32,219 bases of DNA, taken from positions 1 through 32,219 of the forward strand of contig JBDHAC010000036.1 in the NCBI GenBank assembly GCA_039588275.1, read 5' to 3'. Position 1 is the first letter of the stretch. Each line of letters starts with the position of its first letter. This DNA comes from Gemmatimonadota bacterium (GTDB lineage Bacteria; Gemmatimonadota; Gemmatimonadetes; Palauibacterales; Palauibacteraceae). The notes under the pieces were generated by a model. It was not told the DNA's origin and ran no database searches. It saw nothing but the letters and a program-made list of their open reading frames with translations. The position numbers and the translations under genes are program-made. Of the stretch, positions 20,932 through 28,724 are shown piece after piece.

Positions 20932-21864
20932 ATGCGTACGCCGCTCCACGGGCTGGCGCTTCCGCCGCTGACCGTCCCGCGCCTCACGCTTTCGGCGCTG
21001 ATGCTCGTTGCGCTGACGCTTCCAGCACCCGGTGCCGCGCTCGCTCAATCGGTCCAGGCACCGATCCCCCCAGGATACGAGGCCAGCCTCGAAACGGAGC
21101 GGTTCCTGGTCCTGGCCGAGCCCGGTGAGGCTGATCGGGCGCAGCTCGAGGGCGCGGGGCGCGAGGCCGAGCGATTTCGAACCGACCTGGAGCGGCTACT
21201 CGGCGAGGAGCGAGCGCCAGGAGTCAAGCTGATCGTCGTTCTCGGCGGGAGCGGGCTGCGCGCGGACGGCTCCTGGAATGTCCCGCATGTCGATCGATAC
21301 GGGCGGATTTTCCTGTACCGCTACCGCGACGTATTCGAGGACCACTTCAACTCGCTCGCACACGAGATGGTGCACGCGCTGCGTCGCGCCGGCGGTCATC
21401 GCTACACGGGCTTCGTCGAGGAGGGGCTCGCCACCGTGCTCGCCGCGGAGGTGGACCCCGGCGGCGTTCGCTTCCCCACGTACGGGTATTCGCTCGATCT
21501 CGTGGCCGGGCATCTGTTGGCGGGGGGCGAGGCGATCCCGCTGGACCAGCTGCGCAGGCGACACGGGCGCCTGAACACGCAGTGCCAATTCCAGGCCTAC
21601 GCCGAGCGCGCGTCCTTCTTCGCGCACCTGCGGGATCGCTACGGGCTGGAACGAGTCATCGAGCTCGTGTACGGGCCGGCCGCGACCGACGAGCGTTGGG
21701 CGGCATTGTTCGACGAATCGTTCGACTCCCTGGCGGAGGAATGGGCCGCCGAGCTATTGGATCGATACCGGGCAATCCCCGACCGCGAAGATGCGGCGCG
21801 CCGGTACCGCACCGAGACCCCTATCCAGCGTCAGCCGGTATGCGTCGCGGGAGAGCACTTCTAG
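20932..21864 (+). CDS. Secreted zinc metallopeptidase-like protein (gluzincin / peptidase MA-like)
   Basis: Signal peptide ending GAALAQ. LAHEMVH followed by FVEEGLA (HExxH plus downstream Glu). Y..ASFFAHLRDRYG..V helix typical of MA-like domains. Confidence 0.72.
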   Translation: MRTPLHGLALPPLTVPRLTLSALMLVALTLPAPGAALAQSVQAPIPPGYEASLETERFLVLAEPGEADRAQLEGAGREAERFRTDLERLLGEERAPGVKLIVVLGGSGLRADGSWNVPHVDRYGRIFLYRYRDVFEDHFNSLAHEMVHALRRAGGHRYTGFVEEGLATVLAAEVDPGGVRFPTYGYSLDLVAGHLLAGGEAIPLDQLRRRHGRLNTQCQFQAYAERASFFAHLRDRYGLERVIELVYGPAATDERWAALFDESFDSLAEEWAAELLDRYRAIPDREDAARRYRTETPIQRQPVCVAGEHF

Positions 21865-21927
21865 CGGGCCACTGCGACGCGAGACTCCTGGCGGGCCCTC
21901 GTGACGCGATAGAATAGCAGGAAACGA

Positions 21928-22593
21928 ATGATCAAGCTGAAGGACGTCGAAAAGAGCTACCCCTACAAGGGGGGGCGCACCTGGGTGCTCCGGCGAATCA
22001 ACCTCGAGCTCCGGGCGGGAGAGTTCATCACGATCATGGGGCCGTCGGGCGCCGGCAAGTCCACTCTCCTCGGGATCCTCGGGATGTTGGACGGGGTGTT
22101 CGAGGGCGAATACTGGTTCCTCGACGAACCCATTCATGGACTCAAGCCCAAGCACCGCAACGAGATCCACAAGGCATACATCGGGTTCGTCTTCCAGCAG
22201 TATCATCTCATCGACGACCTGACCGTGTACGAGAACCTGGAGATCCCTCTCTCCTATCGTGATGTGAAGCGCTCCGAGCGGCAGGCGGCGGTGGCCGATA
22301 TCCTCGATCGCTTCAACATTGTAGGGAAGAAGGACCTCTTCCCGAGTCAGCTGTCGGGCGGCCAGCAGCAACAGGTCGCGGTCGCCCGGGCGGTGATCGC
22401 GAACCCGAGGCTGATCCTGGCGGACGAGCCGACCGGGAGTCTGCATTCGAGCCAAGGCGAGAAGATCATGCAACTCCTCGCGGAGCTGAATGCTGAGGGG
22501 ACGACGATCATCCAGGTCACGCACGACGACAAGGTGGCGGCGTATGGGAACCGAATCATCAACCTCGCCGACGGGTGGATCGTCGACGAATGA
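21928..22593 (+). CDS. ABC transporter ATP-binding protein (MacB/LolD type) 2
   Basis: GPSGAGKST, IGFVFQQYHLI, LSGGQQQ, ILADEPTGSLHS, QVTHD. Confidence 0.95.
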   Translation: MIKLKDVEKSYPYKGGRTWVLRRINLELRAGEFITIMGPSGAGKSTLLGILGMLDGVFEGEYWFLDEPIHGLKPKHRNEIHKAYIGFVFQQYHLIDDLTVYENLEIPLSYRDVKRSERQAAVADILDRFNIVGKKDLFPSQLSGGQQQQVAVARAVIANPRLILADEPTGSLHSSQGEKIMQLLAELNAEGTTIIQVTHDDKVAAYGNRIINLADGWIVDE

Positions 22594-22691
22594 CCGGATC
22601 CAGCATCTCCCTCCCGCCCGGGCCCGCGCCGCCGCGCACGGGGAGGGTTGAGCGCCGTGCACCGACTCGCCGTTCAGCCGCTTTGGAATCG

Positions 22692-24059
22692 ATGAGCGAC
22701 GCACAGACGCCACGCGTGCTGGTTGCAGATGACCAGGAGGACGTAATCCAGGCGCTTCGCCTCCTCCTGCGGGGCGAAGGATTCGCTCTCGAGGCCGCCT
22801 CGTCTCCCGCGGGGATCATGAGCGCGCTCGAGTCCAGCGACTTCGACGCCCTCCTCATGGATCTCAACTACGCGCGCGACACGACGTCGGGGCGCGAAGG
22901 ACTCGACCTGTTGCCGCGCATCAAGGCGTTCGACCCCACACTGCCCGTAGTCGTGATGACGGCATGGAGCTCGATCGACGGGGCCGTCGAAGCGATCCGC
23001 GAAGGGGCGGGCGACTACATCGAGAAGCCGTGGGACAACGCCCGGCTGCTGTCGACGCTTCGCACCCAGATCGAGCTCGGCCGCGCCCTCCGGCGAGCAC
23101 AGCACCTCGAGCTCCAGAGCCAGCGTCTCAGAGAAGACGACCTCCCGGAGTTCATCGCCGATTCCCGGGTCATGCAGCCGGTGTTGAACCTGATCGAGAA
23201 GGTCGGGCCGTCCGACGCGAACGTCCTGATCAGCGGCGAGCCGGGAAGCGGGAAGGAGGTCGTGGCGCGCTGGCTGCACGCGAAATCGGACCGGTCTCGA
23301 CGGCCGCTCCTTGCCGTCAACGCGGGTGGACTCTCGGAGACGCTGTTCGAGAGCGAGATGTTCGGGCACGTGAAGGGGGCCTTCACGGACGCCAAGTCGG
23401 ATCGTGTCGGCTACTTCGAGCTGGCCGACCGGGGGACGCTGTTCCTCGACGAGATCGGCAACCTCTCGCCGGCGCAGCAGGCCAAGCTCCTCCGGGTCCT
23501 GGAATCGGGGGAGTTCCAGCGGTTGGGCTCCTCGCGCACTCGCCGAGCCGATGTGCGCGTCCTGACAGCCACGAACGCGGATCTTCCTGCCCTCGTCGCC
23601 CAAGAGCGCTTTCGAGAAGACCTCCTGTATCGCCTCAACTCGGTCGAGATCCGGCTGCCACCGCTGCGCGACCGTCGAGAGGACATCCCGATCCTCGCAG
23701 CACACTTCCTGCGCGAACAGGCGGCGCGCTACGGACGTGAGTTGGAGCTGACCCGGGACGCTATGCGTGCGCTGCTCGCCCACACGTGGCCCGGCAACGT
23801 GCGCGAGCTGCGGCATGCGATCGGGCGCGCGGTCCTCCTCGCGGAGGGCCCGGTTCTGGAGACCGAGCACCTGGGCCTGACCCGGGGGCCCGAGAGCGGC
23901 TGGCGTCTCGATGGCCTCACCCTGGATGAGGCCGAGCGCATTCTGATCCAGCGGGCGCTCTCTCGTCATGACGGAAACGTCAGTCGAGCGGCGGAGGCAT
24001 TGGGCCTCAGCCGGAGCGCGTTGTATCGTCGATTGGAGCGCCACGGCATCGAAGGGTAA
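22692..24059 (+). CDS. Sigma54-dependent response regulator (NtrC family: REC, AAA+, Fis-type HTH)
   Basis: Start MSDAQTPRVLVADD. LMDLNY, KPW, GEPGSGKE, ESEMFGHVKGAFTDA, LFLDEIG, FREDLLYRL, WPGNVREL, GNVSRAAEALGLSRSALYRRL. Confidence 0.95.
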   Translation: MSDAQTPRVLVADDQEDVIQALRLLLRGEGFALEAASSPAGIMSALESSDFDALLMDLNYARDTTSGREGLDLLPRIKAFDPTLPVVVMTAWSSIDGAVEAIREGAGDYIEKPWDNARLLSTLRTQIELGRALRRAQHLELQSQRLREDDLPEFIADSRVMQPVLNLIEKVGPSDANVLISGEPGSGKEVVARWLHAKSDRSRRPLLAVNAGGLSETLFESEMFGHVKGAFTDAKSDRVGYFELADRGTLFLDEIGNLSPAQQAKLLRVLESGEFQRLGSSRTRRADVRVLTATNADLPALVAQERFREDLLYRLNSVEIRLPPLRDRREDIPILAAHFLREQAARYGRELELTRDAMRALLAHTWPGNVRELRHAIGRAVLLAEGPVLETEHLGLTRGPESGWRLDGLTLDEAERILIQRALSRHDGNVSRAAEALGLSRSALYRRLERHGIEG

Positions 24060-24113
24060 CGGCGGGAACGGCCCGCCGCTCGCGCAGCCGGGCGTCGCCA
24101 TGACATCGGTTCG

Positions 24114-25433
24114 ATGAAGAAGCCCCGATACGAACGACGGGTACCCATCCTGGCGCTTCTGAGCGCCCTGCCGGCGCTCGTCGCGGCGCTCATCCTCTTG
24201 TGGACGGGTGACTTCTCCCAACGGCTGCAGTGGACGATCACGCTGGTGGTGGCCGGTGGATGGCTGGGTTTCTGGCTGGCGCTGCGCGAGCGATTGATCC
24301 GCCCCCTGCAGACCATCTCCAACATGTTGGCCGCGCTCCAGGAGGGGGATTACTCGATGCGCGCGCGGCTCGGGGCCCCGGATGATTCGCTCGGACTCGT
24401 AGCCCACGAGGTGAACGCCCTCGGGAGCACGCTTCGAGAGCAACGGCTCGAGGTGCTCGAAGCGACCGCGCTCCTGAGGCGCGTGATGGCGGAGATCGAC
24501 GTGGCCGTGTACGCGTTCGATAGCGAGGACCGGCTGGTCCTCGCCAACCGCGCGGCCGAGCGACTGATGCACCGCTCCGAGGAGAGCATGAGTGGCCGAC
24601 GCGCTCGCTCGATCGGGCTCGGAGGTCTGCTGCGGAGCGAGGGGCCCCGTGTGGTGGACATGGCGTTTCCAGGCGGATCTTCCCGCTGGGAGGTGCGCGT
24701 CAGCCATTTCCGTCAGGAGGGCAAGCCACACCGACTCCTCGTCCTCGCCGACCTGAGCCGTGCGCTGCGCGAGGAGGAGCGCACCGCGTGGCAGCGCCTC
24801 GTGAGGGTGCTCGGTCACGAGATCAACAACTCGCTCGCCCCGATTCAGTCGATCGCCCAGAGTCTGCAATCCACGCTCGAACGTCAGGCGCAGGGACCCG
24901 GTTGGATGGGCGACGTGACCGAGGGGCTCGATGTCATCGCCGGCCGCGCCGAGGCGCTTGCCCGCTTCATGTCTTCCTACGCGCGCCTGGCCCGGCTGCC
25001 CTCACCCCATCTCGGGCCGCTCGAGGTCGGTGAATGGGTGGGCCGCGTCGTGAATCTCGAGACTCGCATGCCCGTGCAGCTCGTCGCCGGCCCGCCCGCT
25101 CGCGTTCGCGCGGATGGCGACCAGCTCGATCAGCTCCTCATCAACCTCATCGACAACGCCGTCGACGCGGCCGGGGAGACCGGCGGCGGTGTCCGGGTGG
25201 GGTGGTCCGCGGATCGGAAGCAGGTGGAGGTCTGGGTCGAGGACGATGGGCCAGGCATCGCGGATACCGGAAACCTGTTTGTCCCGTTTTATACGACAAA
25301 AGCGGACGGCTCAGGTATAGGCCTCGTCCTGAGCCGACAGATCGCGGAGGCCCACAACGGCACGTTGACGTTGATGAACCGTGGAAACGCCAGCGGCTGC
25401 CTGGCGCAACTCAGCCTTCCTGCGGCGTCCTAA
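24114..25433 (+). CDS. Sensor histidine kinase (2 TM, HAMP, PAS-like, HisKA, HATPase)
   Basis: H-box VLGHEINNSLAPI, N-box LLINLIDNAVDA, DDGPGI, LFVPFYTTK, GSGIGL. Confidence 0.93.
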   Translation: MKKPRYERRVPILALLSALPALVAALILLWTGDFSQRLQWTITLVVAGGWLGFWLALRERLIRPLQTISNMLAALQEGDYSMRARLGAPDDSLGLVAHEVNALGSTLREQRLEVLEATALLRRVMAEIDVAVYAFDSEDRLVLANRAAERLMHRSEESMSGRRARSIGLGGLLRSEGPRVVDMAFPGGSSRWEVRVSHFRQEGKPHRLLVLADLSRALREEERTAWQRLVRVLGHEINNSLAPIQSIAQSLQSTLERQAQGPGWMGDVTEGLDVIAGRAEALARFMSSYARLARLPSPHLGPLEVGEWVGRVVNLETRMPVQLVAGPPARVRADGDQLDQLLINLIDNAVDAAGETGGGVRVGWSADRKQVEVWVEDDGPGIADTGNLFVPFYTTKADGSGIGLVLSRQIAEAHNGTLTLMNRGNASGCLAQLSLPAAS

Positions 25434-25587
25434 ACTAATTCATAACATCGTTTTAAGGCGTTCTTCTCCGACCACGGGCGCGGGGGCGATGCGAACCGGG
25501 TGTTTACCTTTTCGCTCTTCGTTCCGTCTAGTAAGTGGAGCGACTGAGATGGACCTCCCGCTGGGAGCTCAGTCACGAGGGGGGACG

Positions 25588-25761
25588 ATGAAACGAGTCA
25601 AGGAGAAAAAACCGGTCATTCGGCTCGTAATGACTCCACAGGAGTATGGCCCGCGACTGCAATACCTGGCCGCGCTTGCCATGCGTCCGGAGCTGCTGTC
25701 CGCCGAGCAGCTGCGCTCGATCACCCGCGAGTTCGAGGCGCTGAAGGCGCGCGCTCATTGA
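25588..25761 (+). CDS. Small hypothetical protein (57 aa)
   Basis: GAGGGGGG RBS, then MKRVKEKKPVIRLVMTPQEYGPRLQYLAALAMRPELLSAEQLRSITREFEALKARAH. Protein-like composition, helical C-terminus. Confidence 0.55.
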   Translation: MKRVKEKKPVIRLVMTPQEYGPRLQYLAALAMRPELLSAEQLRSITREFEALKARAH

Positions 25762-25842
25762 GGCCCGGGCGGCGTTGCGCACTGCGCCAAGCCGCTCTTA
25801 ATTGGCCGTGGAGATGTTCCCCCAGATGTTCAGGAGGCGACC

Positions 25843-26310
25843 GTGCGCGCCCTCGTAACCTCCCGGCTGACAATCATATGGCTGGCGGTGCTGGTGGTCG
25901 GGATCTCGTCGATCCCCGCCTGCGCCTCGTCCGGCTCGACATTCGTCCCGGGGCCCGCTGACCAGGACATCGTCCAGCCTGGCATGTGGGACTTCCGCAC
26001 GACCATCCACAGTCGGGAGAGACTGGGTCCGAGACCTATCGAGCTCAGAGGACAGATCTTCGCTCGCGGCGAGGGTCGCTTCGACATCACGTTCATGACC
26101 GACGGCCAACCCTGGAGGTGTCGGGATCTGGGTCTCGCCCCCCGCCGGGGCGTGAGGCAGGTGGGGGGCAGGCTCATCATATCCTGCCGGCAACTGCGAA
26201 TGGAGCTGCGACCCTCGGAGGGGCGGCCCGAGGGCGAGGCGTTTCTGACCTACAGCTCGGGCGGGGTCGGCCGCGGCACGCTCACCTTCGAGCGCCGGGT
26301 CGGCCCGTAG
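25843..26310 (+). CDS. Hypothetical lipoprotein, beta-rich
   Basis: AGGAGG RBS, GTG start, hydrophobic stretch then lipobox-like IPAC. Alternating beta-strand patterns in the body. Confidence 0.6.
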   Translation: MRALVTSRLTIIWLAVLVVGISSIPACASSGSTFVPGPADQDIVQPGMWDFRTTIHSRERLGPRPIELRGQIFARGEGRFDITFMTDGQPWRCRDLGLAPRRGVRQVGGRLIISCRQLRMELRPSEGRPEGEAFLTYSSGGVGRGTLTFERRVGP

Positions 26311-26354
26311 CGCGCACCCGCCTCCGACATTCCGCCAGTTACGGCCGCCGCGGT

Positions 26355-26564
26355 CTACGCCTGATTGTTCTCTGGCCTACCCCTTCGGCGACGGCACTCG
26401 AACACGAGGGCGCAGAGAACCACGGGGGGTAGGATCCCGAAGAGGAAGATCAACCCCGCGATCATGAGGATTCCGGCCGGCCAGTCCGGGATCCCCCAAA
26501 GGTGAGCCGCGGCGAGGACCTGAGTGGTGGCCGCGGCCGACGTGGCAAAAACGACGGGGCTCAT
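26355..26564 (-). CDS. Small hydrophobic membrane protein (69 aa)
   Basis: GGGAGGGAGG RBS. MSPVVF..WPAGILMIAGLIFLFGILPPVVLCALVFECRRRRGRPENNQA: long hydrophobic segment with a basic tail. Confidence 0.5.
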   Translation of the reverse strand: MSPVVFATSAAATTQVLAAAHLWGIPDWPAGILMIAGLIFLFGILPPVVLCALVFECRRRRGRPENNQA

Positions 26565-26837
26565 GGGTACACCCCTCCCTCCCGCCGATGAGCTTCGGTT
26601 GCGCGACTGCCACGGCATCTGCCCGGATCTGGTGGGTGGCAGACGCGGAGTCGTGGCGTGCCATCGGCTCGACACATCGCGGCTCGTTCTAAGCCTACCA
26701 TACACCTCGCCCGGGGCGCTAGTTCTCGAGCTCTCCGGGCCTGGCGCCCCGGCTTTTCCCGGCCCCCAACGTCGAGGCCAGGCACCGCAGAACTCGACGC
26801 GGAGGGTCTCTTCTCCACCCTCGACCGCGGGTTGGGC

Positions 26838-27032
26838 CTACGACGGGCTCGCAACGTAGAAGTAGTTGATAAAGTCGTGCGGAAGCTCGTGTACCTCGAT
26901 GTCGGCGAAGCCCGCCTCGGGCAGCATCTCGGTCGCGAGCTCCTTCCCCCAACAGGTGCCCAGGCCAGCCCCATCCTGTGCGAGCGATACGGTCATGTAG
27001 CGGCCAGGGGGAAGCCGCGACCGCGTGATCAT
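26838..27032 (-). pseudogene. C-terminal remnant of a class I SAM-dependent methyltransferase (Rv2258c-like)
   Basis: [49 protein letters not shown] matches the recalled C-terminus of this family. The SAM-binding GxG region is absent. ATG overlaps the recQ stop (ATGA). Confidence 0.7.
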
Positions 27033-28603
27033 TCCTCCTCGTTCAGGGCACCCAGAAACACATCGCCATACGCCTCGAGCTTCGCCGGGCCGATCCCGGG
27101 TACCTGGAGCAACTCGTCGCGGGTGGTGGGCCGAAGCTCGATCATGTCCCACAGCACCTGATCGCTGAACACGATGTAGGCGGGCACGCCGCGCTCGTCC
27201 GCGAGGCGCTTCCTGAGCACGCGCAACCGCTGGAACATCGGGTCCGATGGCGATCGCTCGACGCCCGCTCCCGAAGCTAAGCGATCCAGGAGCCCCGTGG
27301 TCGCTGAGCCGGCGGTCCCCGAAGTCTGGGAACCGCGCCCTGTCCGAGTCGGCACCTGTGAAGACGCCCCGACGTGCTCCTTCACGCCCACGCCCGTGCA
27401 CACGTCGCAAGACTCCCGGCACGGCTCGATCTTCTCGCCGAAGTGCGCCAGGAGCGCCTGGTGCCGGCAGCTGTCGCGCTCCGCCAAGCGGAAGAGATCC
27501 ACCGCGGCCTGGCGCTTCGCACGGCGGTGGTCATAGTCGGCGATCTCGTCCAGGAAGCGTTCCCGTACCTTCACATCGACCCACGAATAGAAGAGTGAGC
27601 AGTCGCTCGGCAGCCCGTCGCGGCCCGCACGCCCGATCTCCTGGTACCAGGACTCGATGTCGGCTGGCATGTCGCGGTGGATCACGAACCGTACGTTCGA
27701 CTTGTCGATCCCCATCCCGAAGGCGATCGTCGCCACGACCACCTCCACATCGTCGCGTGCGAAGGCTTCCTGGTACTCGGCTCGCTCGTCATCGTCGAGG
27801 CCGGCGTGATACGGGACCGCCCGTACTCCCTCCCGGCGCAGGAAACCCGCCGTTTGCTCGACCGAGCGGCGCGAGAGACAGTACACGATCCCGCTTTCTC
27901 CCGCGTGCCGGCGAACCAGCGCGAGGATCTCGCGGCGCGTGTCACCCTCCCCCTTTTTCCGGCACCGGATGCGGAGATTGGGTCGGAAGAATGAGCCCTT
28001 GTAGCCCTCGGGGCTCCGCATCCCGAGCTGTCGCACGATGTCCGCGGCCACGCGCCGGGTCGCGGTCGCGGTGAGCGCCAGCACGGGCACATCGCCCAAC
28101 TCATCTTTGAGCCCCCGGAGTCGACGGTACGACGGGCGGAAATCGTGCCCCCACTGCGAGATGCAGTGGGCCTCGTCCACGACCAGAAGCGAGGGCGAGC
28201 AGCGGCGGAGTCGCTCGCGCATGTGGCTCCCGAGCGCCTCGGGCGCCAGATAGACCAACTCGTACTCGCCGCGGCTCAGACGCGCCATCCGATCCTGTCG
28301 CTCGCTGGTCGCGAGCGAGGAGTTGATCGCCGTCGCCTCGTAGCCGAGCGCGCGAAGCGCGTCGACCTGGTCCTTCATGAGGCTGATAAGGGGGGAGAGC
28401 ACGAGTACGGTGCCGGGCAGGGCGCGGGCAGGAATCTGGAACGTCAGCGACTTCCCGGCTCCCGTAGGCATCACGGCGATACAGTCCGAGCCGCCGAGCA
28501 CCGCGTCGATCACCTTGCGCTGGCCGGGCCGAAACGCCTCGTAGCCGAACACGTCCCGGAGGATCGTCTCGGGGTCGGAGTGGATTCTTCCGGTGTCGGT
28601 CAT
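27029..28603 (-). CDS. recQ: RecQ family ATP-dependent DNA helicase with Zn-binding and HRDC domains
   Basis: [102 protein letters not shown] ([26 protein letters not shown]). Confidence 0.93.
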   Translation of the reverse strand: MTDTGRIHSDPETILRDVFGYEAFRPGQRKVIDAVLGGSDCIAVMPTGAGKSLTFQIPARALPGTVLVLSPLISLMKDQVDALRALGYEATAINSSLATSERQDRMARLSRGEYELVYLAPEALGSHMRERLRRCSPSLLVVDEAHCISQWGHDFRPSYRRLRGLKDELGDVPVLALTATATRRVAADIVRQLGMRSPEGYKGSFFRPNLRIRCRKKGEGDTRREILALVRRHAGESGIVYCLSRRSVEQTAGFLRREGVRAVPYHAGLDDDERAEYQEAFARDDVEVVVATIAFGMGIDKSNVRFVIHRDMPADIESWYQEIGRAGRDGLPSDCSLFYSWVDVKVRERFLDEIADYDHRRAKRQAAVDLFRLAERDSCRHQALLAHFGEKIEPCRESCDVCTGVGVKEHVGASSQVPTRTGRGSQTSGTAGSATTGLLDRLASGAGVERSPSDPMFQRLRVLRKRLADERGVPAYIVFSDQVLWDMIELRPTTRDELLQVPGIGPAKLEAYGDVFLGALNEEE

Positions 28604-28724
28604 GACACGAGAAGATAGACGCGGGGACGCGCGGTCACCACGCAGATGGCGTATTTACCTCAACCGCTCCTCAAACGGCCGGGCTCGGTGCTACTGGCAG
28701 GCCTGGTGCTGTGACGATCGCCCG

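Noticed and set aside
22674..24869. 731-aa minus-strand ORF
   Set aside because: Antisense shadow of the regulator and kinase genes.
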